From assembly GCA_013298595.1 (NCBI GenBank), contig JAAFIG010000016.1:10338-74337 (forward strand): a stretch of DNA of 64,000 nt, given 5' to 3'. This document shows, piece by piece, positions 43,968 to 53,116 of this stretch (within the stretch, counting starts at the first letter, position 1; the number at the start of each line of letters is the position of its first letter). The position numbers were made by a program, and so were the translations under genes. Source of the stretch: Deinococcales bacterium (GTDB lineage: Bacteria > Deinococcota > Deinococci > Deinococcales > JAAFIG01). A model generated the notes under the pieces. The model had not been told where the DNA came from and did not search any database. It saw only the letters and a list, made by a program, of their open reading frames with translations.

Positions 43968-44989
43968 GCTTTTTTTTCGGCTGCACGCAATAATGCTGCC
44001 CCACCGATAAATGGACCAATGATGATATACAAAAAATATGATAAAAAACGCCACATCAATGCCAATGGCACTCGAGCTTCGGCTGGAATATCAAGTAACC
44101 CAAAGAGTTTTGGTAATGCTACTTCAAAATACCCTGTACCACCTGGTGTTGGCACTAACATCGAAACAGATACGACTAAGCTTTGAAAAGCCAGAATCGC
44201 ACCATGATCAAAGTTTGGAATGCCTAATGCCCAGCCCAGCACATTAAAAGCACCAAAATGGAAGAGGAAATTGAGGAAATTAACAAAGTGAATCAGCAAT
44301 TGCCGTTGCCACGGTAAATCGCGTAAGGCGGCAATAACATTACCTGTGCGTTGTACAAAAGCATAGGCTCGAGCGCGGCGAGCCTTTAAAAAGCCTAAAC
44401 TAAAGATATTCCACACCAGCTTTGCTAGTAAATCCACCCGAAACGACAACATCCATGCTGCTGTTAATAAGATGCCACTCAGCACATAAACTAGGTAATC
44501 CAGTGCTGGGATACCAATCAAAGTGCCAACATCTATACCTAACGCAAACCGCAACACCAAAAATGAAGCAGGTAAAGACCAAGCATAAAACACTAAATCG
44601 AGCACTAAGCTATACACTGCAATAGCTGTTGCTGATTTTGCTTCTAAATAGCGACTCAAGTACCAGCCAAGCCCAAAACTCATACCCGTTGCTGATGGTG
44701 TAACAGCGGCTGAGAACAGCGCAAGTAGCGATGCCATAATGCCACGACCAACTGTTATCTGATCACCATTTGGCATGGTAGTTGCCAAGAGTCGAATCCG
44801 AATACCCAGCAAAATCCACCAAGCAACCAAAGATGCTAGTAAAATTGGTATTTTCCACCAATCAATTTTTGTTAATTGTGCAAAAGCAACAAAATCAATT
44901 TTTTCGCCTGTGAGAAGTAAAACACCAAGCGCCACTGCTAAAAAAAATATGGAAATACCAACTATCCGAATCGCACTGTTCACACGCAC
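43964..44989 (-). CDS. UPF0104 / LPG-synthase-TM flippase-like membrane protein (copy b)
   Basis: Paralog of 39437..40465 (TPGGTGYFE motif). Its stop codon overlaps the stop of the convergent GT2a gene (TTAA at 43964-43967). Confidence 0.75.
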   Translation of the reverse strand: MRVNSAIRIVGISIFFLAVALGVLLLTGEKIDFVAFAQLTKIDWWKIPILLASLVAWWILLGIRIRLLATTMPNGDQITVGRGIMASLLALFSAAVTPSATGMSFGLGWYLSRYLEAKSATAIAVYSLVLDLVFYAWSLPASFLVLRFALGIDVGTLIGIPALDYLVYVLSGILLTAAWMLSFRVDLLAKLVWNIFSLGFLKARRARAYAFVQRTGNVIAALRDLPWQRQLLIHFVNFLNFLFHFGAFNVLGWALGIPNFDHGAILAFQSLVVSVSMLVPTPGGTGYFEVALPKLFGLLDIPAEARVPLALMWRFLSYFLYIIIGPFIGGAALLRAAEKKA

Positions 44990-45108
44990 ACCTCTGCAAG
45001 GGAAATCTGCCTACGCCAAGGCATGATACCCTGTTTTATGCCAATCAATCTCGAGATGGTCGTCAGCAAAGCCACATGGTTTTCACGTACAATTCAACTT
45101 ACTTCACA

Positions 45109-46239
45109 ATGATACTTTTCTTAACGCTGACTTTACCGTGGCTACTTTTATGCTTGCACACGTGGTTAAACGCATTGTTGTTTCAGCGTTTAGCCCATTT
45201 CAAAAAACCCGCTCCACATCAACCAAAAGTTTCATTACTCGTGCCAGCCCGTAACGAAGAAAAAACTTTGCCACTGCTGATGCCTTCGCTGTTAGCACAA
45301 AACTATCCAAATCTCGAAATTTTAGTCTTAAACGATAATTCCGAAGATGCCACCCAAAGTATTCTCGAGGGTTTTAGCGACCCCCGTTTGAAATTAATGA
45401 TGGGTGGACCACTACCTGAAGGTTGGCGCGGTAAACCAAACGCTTGTGAACAACTAGCACATGCCTCGAGTGGCGAGATTTTGTTATTCACCGATGCTGA
45501 TACCGTCTGGCACAAGGATGCCACGCAACTGATGGTCAATGCCTTACATCATCATCGGGCAGACGCAGTTTCAACCTGGCCTGAACAAATTCTGGTCGGT
45601 CGAATTTCGCATTTGATCCAACCCTTTTTGGCTTGGTCTATTCTGGCGTTAATGCCAATGGTGATGATTAACTCGCGGCGCTTTCCGAATATGAACCCAG
45701 CTTCAGGGCAATTATTTGCTTACAAGCGCGAATCGTATTTTAAATTTGGTGGATTTGCTCGAGTCAAAACCTCGATTCTCGAGGATATGGAATGCGCTAA
45801 ATTACTGAAAAAAGATGGTTTTCGTTATAAATTCTTAAATGGTCTTGGTGTGGTGCAATGCAAAATGTACAACAACGACCAAGAAGTGTTAGATGGTTTC
45901 TCGAGGAATTTTTTTGCTGTAGTGAATTACCAGATTTTGCCATTTATTGCAGCCGCACTCGGGTTTTTCTGGGTTTTTGTTTTTCCGATTATTTGGTTTG
46001 TACTGGCTTTATTTGGTGTTCCTATTTTCGGCGAAGCCAATTGGCAATTAGCGCTGCTAACCATTGTTCTGATGCTTTTATCTACGGCTCGTTCGTATGC
46101 CGAATTTGGTAATCCAATAGCTCTGGCTTTGTTGGTACCACTTTCGGCTTTAACATGGATTCGCATTGCCGCTTTATCGTGGTACCGATTTGTCAAAGGG
46201 CAAGTGACGTGGAAAGGCAGAACCTATAATTTACGTTAA
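45109..46239 (+). CDS. membrane-bound GT2 glycosyltransferase, CrtQ/HpnI-like (copy b)
   Basis: LVPARNEE, LNDNSEDAT and FTDADT motifs, ending WKGRTYNLR. ATG 45109 was chosen by alignment with the copy a N-terminus (track ORF starts at 45076). Confidence 0.8.
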   Translation: MILFLTLTLPWLLLCLHTWLNALLFQRLAHFKKPAPHQPKVSLLVPARNEEKTLPLLMPSLLAQNYPNLEILVLNDNSEDATQSILEGFSDPRLKLMMGGPLPEGWRGKPNACEQLAHASSGEILLFTDADTVWHKDATQLMVNALHHHRADAVSTWPEQILVGRISHLIQPFLAWSILALMPMVMINSRRFPNMNPASGQLFAYKRESYFKFGGFARVKTSILEDMECAKLLKKDGFRYKFLNGLGVVQCKMYNNDQEVLDGFSRNFFAVVNYQILPFIAAALGFFWVFVFPIIWFVLALFGVPIFGEANWQLALLTIVLMLLSTARSYAEFGNPIALALLVPLSALTWIRIAALSWYRFVKGQVTWKGRTYNLR

Positions 46240-46269
46240 GGGTGAAGGCAAGTTAGCGTTTTGTCAATT

Positions 46270-46290
46270 GAGCGAGGCATGTCTCTACGG
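46270..46290. repeat. degenerate REP-family half copy
   Basis: GAGCGAGGCATGTCTCTACGG lies between the convergent GT2b and uvrC genes. It matches the CGAGGCATGCCTC..CTACG half of the consensus, with substitutions and a deletion. Confidence 0.4.
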
Positions 46291-46314
46291 ATAACGGGAT
46301 AAATGCACCCACTT

Positions 46315-48150
46315 CTATGAATTTAGCGCAAAATGAGCCTTAATCACTTTGGCAAAATTGCCACCAATCCCGGGCACACCCGCAATTTGCTCGAGACTTG
46401 CAGCTCGAATTTCCTCAAGGCTGGTGAAATGCTCGAGTAAAGCTTCTTTGCGTTTGTCGCCAATACCGGGTACATCGTCAAACACCGATTTCATCATCGC
46501 TTCTGCGCGAAGCTTTCGATGGTAGGTAATGGCATAATGATGTACTTCGTCACGCACAGCAATCATCATCCGTAAAGCTGGGTGTGTCTCGAGTAAGCGC
46601 ACTTCGCGGTTTTTACCAATTTCAGAACCTGTGGTCAGCCACCATTGTGCGCCATACATACTTGGCAGGATCAGGGTTTCTTCGCGTTTGGCGAGTCCCA
46701 CCACAGGCACTTGTACCCCAGCTTCGCGTAGCGCATCCAATGCCGCATTGACTTGTCCCCGTCCACCATCAATCATCAGTAAATCTGGCATGGGTAACTT
46801 CTCGGATAAACTGCCTGTGAAACGCCGCAGCACGGTTTGGCGCATACTGGCATAATCATCAGGGTGATCTAAACCTTTAACCTTAAACCGCCGATACTCG
46901 CCTTTTCGTGCCCGTCCACCTTCAAACACCACCATCCCCGAGACAATATGGGTGCCAAATAAATTGCTGTTATCGTAACCTTCGATGCGCCACGGACGCT
47001 CTGGAAGCGCTAGAACTTCTTTTAATGCTTCGAGTCCAGGGTTTTCACCTCGTTTCTCGAGTAAAGCAAGTTCGGATTCCAAACCTGTTAAAGCATTACG
47101 GGTTGCCATCTCGAGCAAATCCACTTTTTCACCACGTTGCGGGTGGCGTAATTCGACTTTGCGGTTAGCCCGAGTGGACATAAATTCTTGCCAGACTGCA
47201 GCATCTTCAAATTCAACTGGCACCAATACTAACGGCGGAATTTGCATGGCAACACCGTAGTAATCCTGCATAAAGGCTTTAAGGATTTCTTCGCTACTGC
47301 TCTCCTCTGCCCCAGTAAGAAAGCGTTTATCGCGCCCAATCACCCGCCCAGCCCGCATTTGAAAGTGTTGCACCATGGCAAACTCGCCGGCTTGGGCAAC
47401 CCCAAGAAAATCCATATCCTCGAGACCCGTATTTAAAGCCACTTGTTGATCGGAACCAAAAAGTTTTTCGACTGCTTGCACCCGATCCCTTATACCTGCG
47501 GCTAATTCAAATTCTCGGTTTTGCGCTGCTTCACGCATGGCATCGCGCAATTTCTCGAGCACATCATTGGCTTTACCCTCGAGTACCCCTGTCACATCTG
47601 CCACAGCTTCGGCGTAATCTTCAGGGGTAGCATAACCGACACAAGGCGCGAGACAGCGCTTCATATGAAAATTCAGGCATGGGCGTTTTTTGGTTTGAAA
47701 CGGAATTCCCGAGTTTTTGCGTAATGGAAACGTCGTATCTATCAAGTTTTTAGCCCGCCAAACCGCTCTCGAGTCTGGGTAAGGACCATAGTATTTTCCA
47801 CCGTCCTTTATCACTTTACGAGTCACCACCAGCATCGGGTATAACTCTTTGGTCAGTTTCAAAAACGGATAATGCTTATCATCTTTAAGCAGCACATTGT
47901 AACGCGGACGATGCTGCTTAATCAGATTCGCCTCGAGCACCAGAGCTTCCACTTCGTTGGTTGTCACGATCGTCTCGAGCGAACCCGCATCTCGAGTAAT
48001 CCGACTTGACTTACCAGCACTCTTAAAATGCTGCCCTATACGGGTTTTAATGTTATTGGCTTTACCAACATAAATGACCCTACCAGCAGGAGTACGAAAA
48101 ATGTACACACCAGACTGCGTTGGTAAAACTGGAACTTCTTCAAAGGTCAC
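46315..48150 (-). CDS. uvrC: excinuclease ABC subunit C
   Basis: 611 aa. N-terminal GIY-YIG (GVYIFR...VIYVGKA), a UVR domain, an RNase H-like endonuclease domain and a C-terminal (HhH)2 (VPGIG...GVPGIG). Confidence 0.95.
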   Translation of the reverse strand: MTFEEVPVLPTQSGVYIFRTPAGRVIYVGKANNIKTRIGQHFKSAGKSSRITRDAGSLETIVTTNEVEALVLEANLIKQHRPRYNVLLKDDKHYPFLKLTKELYPMLVVTRKVIKDGGKYYGPYPDSRAVWRAKNLIDTTFPLRKNSGIPFQTKKRPCLNFHMKRCLAPCVGYATPEDYAEAVADVTGVLEGKANDVLEKLRDAMREAAQNREFELAAGIRDRVQAVEKLFGSDQQVALNTGLEDMDFLGVAQAGEFAMVQHFQMRAGRVIGRDKRFLTGAEESSSEEILKAFMQDYYGVAMQIPPLVLVPVEFEDAAVWQEFMSTRANRKVELRHPQRGEKVDLLEMATRNALTGLESELALLEKRGENPGLEALKEVLALPERPWRIEGYDNSNLFGTHIVSGMVVFEGGRARKGEYRRFKVKGLDHPDDYASMRQTVLRRFTGSLSEKLPMPDLLMIDGGRGQVNAALDALREAGVQVPVVGLAKREETLILPSMYGAQWWLTTGSEIGKNREVRLLETHPALRMMIAVRDEVHHYAITYHRKLRAEAMMKSVFDDVPGIGDKRKEALLEHFTSLEEIRAASLEQIAGVPGIGGNFAKVIKAHFALNS

Positions 48151-48277
48151 AAGGGTATTGTACTATTATGCTCAGGGCAAAACAAATCAAGCTCAGCCTC
48201 GAGCATGCAGTAGTAGCGTTCGTCCCTCGAGATTACACAAATTTACAAGCTACCAATATCTGAACTATATTCTTTCT

Positions 48278-49024
48278 ATGAATCTCCAATTGACACCAGA
48301 ACGTAAACAGATCATCCAAAATCTGAATGCAACAGGTATTCCTTACCTGATTCGAGAAGAATACCGTGATTTGATTTCATCTTGGGGCGCAAACAACGAA
48401 AATTTACTTTTTATTTGGGTGCAATATCCACAACAACCAGAAGACATCAGCGCCATTAGCAAAGCTGTTCTAGGAAAAGTAGAAAATAATTTTCAAGGAT
48501 ATAGCAGTTACCTAGGCATATTTGGTTTAAGTTTTTGTCCACCACAGTCTCGAGAAGATTTTTTTAGTCAGTATCAACAACGAGTGATTGTTAACCACCA
48601 AGGTTTAGCCTTAAATTTTGCCAAATCCGAATCTGTGCTTGGTGATGTGTCAACAAAAACAGAAATACAGCTTCAAATAGATGATTTTCTTTCTGATATT
48701 GAAAGCTTAAACTTATTTGCTGTTCAGTACTTAGTTGTTGATGAATATCCGCAACAGTTTACTTCTACAACTCTTGGAACAAATACCATGATTCTTTGGT
48801 TGGGTATTTCTGAGGAAAACGAGAAACGCATTCGTAAAGCCAATGCGTTCATCACGGGCAATCCTCCAAAACGCGGGGAAATGCTCAAGCCACGAAAGTT
48901 TCAGCAAGGTGGAATTATCTGGCAGAACTATTATGACAATCTTGATTTTGAGGAATGCTATCAGCAACGTGACATTCTTAATATCCAAGGTATCACCGTG
49001 AATTTCTTGAAAAGACCGACTTGA
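48278..49024 (+). CDS. hypothetical protein with internal duplication
   Basis: ATG 48278 (the track ORF start at 48074 overlaps uvrC). The two halves end in related blocks: REDFFSQYQQRVIVNHQGLALNFAKS and DFEECYQQRDILNIQGITVNFLKRP. AT-richer than its neighbours. No family recognised. Confidence 0.5.
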   Translation: MNLQLTPERKQIIQNLNATGIPYLIREEYRDLISSWGANNENLLFIWVQYPQQPEDISAISKAVLGKVENNFQGYSSYLGIFGLSFCPPQSREDFFSQYQQRVIVNHQGLALNFAKSESVLGDVSTKTEIQLQIDDFLSDIESLNLFAVQYLVVDEYPQQFTSTTLGTNTMILWLGISEENEKRIRKANAFITGNPPKRGEMLKPRKFQQGGIIWQNYYDNLDFEECYQQRDILNIQGITVNFLKRPT

Positions 49025-49041
49025 GTAAAAATTGTTCAAAC

Positions 49042-49701
49042 CTAAGACACGAAATGAGAAATTTTGAACTTCTCGAGAACACGTACCTGATGCAAAAAAA
49101 CTTGTGGAACGCTCACCTCGAGTCCAGCAAAATCTGTGGCAACTCGAGAAAATAATGCAGCAGCAATATCTGGTTTTCCTGCCCACCATCCACTGACTGC
49201 GCCTTGGGTTTGGCTCGAGAACAGTTGTTGTTGGTGCCAGCAACCGCTGAATGGCATGGCGAGTATCATACTGATGGGTTTGTCTTGCTCAAAAGCAACA
49301 TAGGCTATTAAATCTTTGTGGGCTTGCATGGCTTTGGTTATCTCGAGCGTGACCAGTTCTTGCCACTCGAGGGCATTATGCTGTTTGCACCATACAACTG
49401 CCAGTTGTTTAGCTTGAGTCCATGACACTTGTTCAATATAAATATCTGGGTTTTGTGTACCGTTCCACTCGAGAATCAGACCTTGGTACTCAGGCTTGCC
49501 AAGTGATTCTGGATTAACAATAAATACTGGGCGTTGCAATCTTTCTAACTCGAGCTTGAGAACATCTAACGACTCGAGTTTTTTGAGATACCCAGCATTG
49601 ACCTCGAGAATTGGTAAATTTGCATTCTGCAAAATCAAAAAATCAGTTGACTCGAGTTTCTGCTTGGCAAATAATGCCCAGTAATCCTCGAGCCAGCTCA
49701 T
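49042..49701 (-). CDS. hypothetical protein (last gene of the GNAT-acyP operon)
   Basis: 219-codon ORF starting 2 nt after the acyP stop. No family recognised. It contains 12 CTCGAG sites and many Leu-Glu dipeptides. Confidence 0.55.
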   Translation of the reverse strand: MSWLEDYWALFAKQKLESTDFLILQNANLPILEVNAGYLKKLESLDVLKLELERLQRPVFIVNPESLGKPEYQGLILEWNGTQNPDIYIEQVSWTQAKQLAVVWCKQHNALEWQELVTLEITKAMQAHKDLIAYVAFEQDKPISMILAMPFSGCWHQQQLFSSQTQGAVSGWWAGKPDIAAALFSRVATDFAGLEVSVPQVFLHQVRVLEKFKISHFVS

Positions 49702-49702
49702 G

Positions 49703-49981
49703 TTAATAACTAAAAAAACCTGTTAAACCTGTAGCTTCTGCCCATTGAACCTCGAGGGAACTAACCACTGCATGGGTTGAACCTTTTTTCAGGTGATGCA
49801 GTAATTGCTCGAGATCAGGTTTTTCACCTTCGGCAATCACTTCAACACGTCCATCGGCAAGGTTTTCGGTGTACCCCGTTAAGCGCAGAATTTCAGCTTG
49901 GCGTTGTACAAAACGCCTATAGCCAACGCCTTGGACTTGACCAGATACCAAAACTGTTAAACGCAATGGTTTCTCGAGCAT
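49703..49981 (-). CDS. acyP: acylphosphatase
   Basis: 92 aa with the acylphosphatase signature [13 protein letters not shown]...[13 protein letters not shown]. Confidence 0.85.
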   Translation of the reverse strand: MLEKPLRLTVLVSGQVQGVGYRRFVQRQAEILRLTGYTENLADGRVEVIAEGEKPDLEQLLHHLKKGSTHAVVSSLEVQWAEATGLTGFFSY

Positions 49982-50412
49982 TAGAGGGTTTGGCGTAATA
50001 ACGCCACCACAGGTTCAAAACCAACTTTACGAGCTAAAGAAATGCTGGCTTCGTTTTCGGGATGGGTTTTGATTAAGCTACTACGAGCACCTCGGGATTT
50101 GGCTTCTCCTAAACCAGCCTCAAGTAATTGCGTGGCAACGCCTTTATTACGTGCATCTGGTTCGACAAAGTACGCGACAGACATTTCATCTGGGTTTTCT
50201 GGTGTCCACCATGAAACCCCAAGTTTCTGACCGTTTTCTTCGGCAATATGAGCGAAACCTTCGGCGGAAACCATTTCCAGAACTCTTTCCACAGCCAGCT
50301 CGAGTGAGCCGTTGCCTTTGGCAATCAAGCGAGGATACTCGTGGTATGCCGCTTGAATTGAGTTCTTGAGGTAAGTTTCGTCGTTGTTGGAAGCTAAGCG
50401 AATCTGATTCAT
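49981..50412 (-). CDS. GNAT family N-acetyltransferase
   Basis: Acetyl-CoA binding block [23 protein letters not shown]. Start at ATG 50412 (MNQIRLAS); the longest ORF reaches 50478. Its stop overlaps the acyP start by 1 nt. Confidence 0.75.
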   Translation of the reverse strand: MNQIRLASNNDETYLKNSIQAAYHEYPRLIAKGNGSLELAVERVLEMVSAEGFAHIAEENGQKLGVSWWTPENPDEMSVAYFVEPDARNKGVATQLLEAGLGEAKSRGARSSLIKTHPENEASISLARKVGFEPVVALLRQTL

Positions 50413-50509
50413 TCCAAAAGCTATTGTACACCCCCAAATTGCTTTGTGGTGTGATAAGTGACCATTTGTGTCGAACAACCTACAGATTCTTCGGGTAAAC
50501 TATGCAGTA

Positions 50510-51433
50510 ATGAAAATGATTTTAGATTGCGACCCTGGTCATGATGATGCCATTGCGATGATGTTGGCATTTGCCAGCCCTGAACTCGAGGTTCTTGGTG
50601 TCACTGTTTCGTATGGCAATGTTGGACTCGAGAATACATTGCGTAATGCTTTGAAAATTCGTGAACTGTGCGGCTCGGACGTGCCTGTGTTTGCTGGTGT
50701 GCCACAACCTTTGGTGTCTACACGAATCTCTGCCGAGTTTGTTCATGGTCGCAGTGGCTTAGATGGTCCTGTACTTCCAGAACCCATTAGGGGGGCAGAA
50801 TCTACTCGAGCCATCGATTTTATAATTGATTCGATTCTGGCACATCCGCGTGAAATCACGCTTTGCCCAATTGGTCCAATGACCAATTTAGCGATGGCAA
50901 TGCGACTCGAGCCAAAAATTGTGCCACTGATTAAACAAATTGTCTTGATGGGAGGCAGCACAGGACTTGGTAATTGGTCTCCTGCAGCAGAATTTAATAT
51001 TCTTTGCGACCCTCACGCGGCAAAAATTTTATTTGAAAGTGGTGTACCAATCACGATGTTTGGTTTGAATGTCACCCATCAAGCCTTGGCATTACCACAA
51101 CATATTGCAGCCATTCGTGGCAACGGCAATAAAACCAGTGTAGTAGCAGCCGAGTTACTCGAGTTTTTCAAATTGTCTTATCAAAAACGCTATGGTTACG
51201 CAGGTCCTGCACTACACGACCCTTGTGTGATTGCGTATTTACTGAAACCAGATTTGTTTAAACTCGAGAAGCTTAATGTTGTTGTGGACGACTCAAGCGG
51301 AGCTTCTTTTGGGCGGACTGTGGTGGATGTTTATCATGTGCTTGATAAACCAGCCAATGCCAATGTTGCCCTTGAAGTAGATGCTGATGGTTTTTTTGCA
51401 CTGATTGCTGAGCGCTTAGCAACCTTGCCTTAA
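50510..51433 (+). CDS. nucleoside hydrolase (IUNH family)
   Basis: N-terminal DCDPGHDDA aspartate cluster typical of inosine-uridine-preferring nucleoside hydrolases. Start ATG 50510. Confidence 0.9.
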   Translation: MKMILDCDPGHDDAIAMMLAFASPELEVLGVTVSYGNVGLENTLRNALKIRELCGSDVPVFAGVPQPLVSTRISAEFVHGRSGLDGPVLPEPIRGAESTRAIDFIIDSILAHPREITLCPIGPMTNLAMAMRLEPKIVPLIKQIVLMGGSTGLGNWSPAAEFNILCDPHAAKILFESGVPITMFGLNVTHQALALPQHIAAIRGNGNKTSVVAAELLEFFKLSYQKRYGYAGPALHDPCVIAYLLKPDLFKLEKLNVVVDDSSGASFGRTVVDVYHVLDKPANANVALEVDADGFFALIAERLATLP

Positions 51434-51489
51434 CAGCCAAATTCAATTTCAGCACGGGAGGGGAAAGGACTTTCGCAGGAATTCTATTT

Positions 51490-52614
51490 CTAAGATGCGC
51501 GTTTGCGTCCGCGTTTCTTGGGTTCTTCTGTTATTTCAGGACTCGGAGCGGGTTTGGCAGCCACTACAGCAGGTTTGACTGCTGGACTTGGTGCTTTTAC
51601 AGCTTCGACGGGTTTGGGTAGGTCTTTTGGTTTAACTCGTTTACCAGAGCGTGTTTGCTTAGCAATTACTCGAGCTGCCCGAGTTGCTTCTTCTTGTTCT
51701 AATCGTTCAAAAATATCATTATGGGTTAAAGCTGTGCCTTGTGCACCAACCACCATTGCAGCCAATGCTCCTGCGACATTGGCATAAGCAACTGCTCGAG
51801 CACTGGTAAAACCCGACATAATGGCATGGGCAAAAGCTGCAGTAAAAGCATCGCCTGCGCCTGTGGTATCAGCAACGCTGGCAATGGCGTACCCCTCGAG
51901 TAATTCGGATTCTTTCGGAGTCCACAGCAGCGCGCCATGTGCGCCAACTTTAACCACAACGGTTTGTAAACCCAATGCGCCAAGATGCCCAACTGCTTCG
52001 GAAATACTGTCTTTACCTGTGATCCGAAATAACTCGAGTTGGTTCATCAATAAATAATCGGCGCTTTTCACCATCCCGAGTAATTCTGTACCTGCATCGT
52101 TAACTGCGCCAGTACCAAGGTCTATAAAGACAGGAATCTTTTTTTGTTTGGCTAAACCAATGGCTGTTTGGGTGTACTCGCGTTGTGCACCGCCAATTAA
52201 AGCATATGCACTGATTATCAGCGCATCGTTATTCTCGAGGGTTTTGGCATTAAACGCAGCTACTTCCAATAACCGATTTGCTCCACTTGCCGAGATCATG
52301 GTGCGTTCGGCATTGGGTGTGACCAAAATTGTGACAGTACTGGTCATGATGTGTTCGTCGAACTGAATAGCTTCTAAATTGACCTTAGCACGCCGTAAAT
52401 TCTGCAATGCCACTTTTTCAAATGGATCAGCCCCAACTCGAGCAGCCAATGTCACTTCGTGCCCTAAACAAGCAGCATGAAACGCCATTGTCCCCCCTGC
52501 TCCTCCGGGCAATAACACTGTACTGGTTGGTGTGATATCTTCACCCGCGACAGGGATATGTTCAAGAAAGTGCATATGATCCACAGTGACATCGCCAATA
52601 ACGTAAAACTTCAA
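51490..52614 (-). CDS. PfkB-family carbohydrate/nucleoside kinase with a Lys/Pro/Ala-rich basic C-terminal tail
   Basis: Ribokinase-like core (GGAGG, DTTGAGDAF), plus a 66-aa tail KQTRSGKRVKPKDLPKPVEAVKAPSPAVKPAVVAAKPAPSPEITEEPKKRGRKRAS. Confidence 0.85.
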   Translation of the reverse strand: MKFYVIGDVTVDHMHFLEHIPVAGEDITPTSTVLLPGGAGGTMAFHAACLGHEVTLAARVGADPFEKVALQNLRRAKVNLEAIQFDEHIMTSTVTILVTPNAERTMISASGANRLLEVAAFNAKTLENNDALIISAYALIGGAQREYTQTAIGLAKQKKIPVFIDLGTGAVNDAGTELLGMVKSADYLLMNQLELFRITGKDSISEAVGHLGALGLQTVVVKVGAHGALLWTPKESELLEGYAIASVADTTGAGDAFTAAFAHAIMSGFTSARAVAYANVAGALAAMVVGAQGTALTHNDIFERLEQEEATRAARVIAKQTRSGKRVKPKDLPKPVEAVKAPSPAVKPAVVAAKPAPSPEITEEPKKRGRKRAS

Positions 52615-52690
52615 GGTTCACCTCTAAACGACTAGAATATCAGCAGTATAACGGTTTCTCGAGTCTTACGTTAGGGTGCTAGAATCTGGT

Positions 52691-53116
52691 ATGGAAAAAC
52701 TTTTATTGTTTAGTCCCGAATGGGCTGAACGCACTGCCAGCATTATTGCTGCCAGTACTGGTTATCAAAAAGCCGCTGCCACATGGGAAGGTGCCATGAT
52801 TTTTACCCTACAAGCCGATAGTGGCTTAGGTATCCCCGAGAATCGCTCGGTTTTTTTTGATTTACATCGAGGTGAATGTCGTGCTGGGCGGGTTGCTAGT
52901 CCTGCTGATCTCGAGCAAGCCACCTATATTGTCAGTGCTGATGCGTTTACTTGGCAACAAGTGATGACAGGTAAGCTCGAACCAATTGCTGGTTTATTAC
53001 GCGGCAAACTCAAACTGGCTCGAGGCAATATGGCAGTCTTAGCGCGGTATGTTTTAGCCGCCAAAGAATTAGTCAAATGCGCTGGTGATGTGCCAACCAT
53101 TTTTCCTGGTGAATGA
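52691..53116 (+). CDS. SCP2 sterol-binding-domain protein
   Basis: SCP2-like C-terminal block F..V.TGKLEPIAGLLRGKLKLARGNM. Start is ATG 52691 or GTG 52676. Confidence 0.7.
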   Translation: MEKLLLFSPEWAERTASIIAASTGYQKAAATWEGAMIFTLQADSGLGIPENRSVFFDLHRGECRAGRVASPADLEQATYIVSADAFTWQQVMTGKLEPIAGLLRGKLKLARGNMAVLARYVLAAKELVKCAGDVPTIFPGE

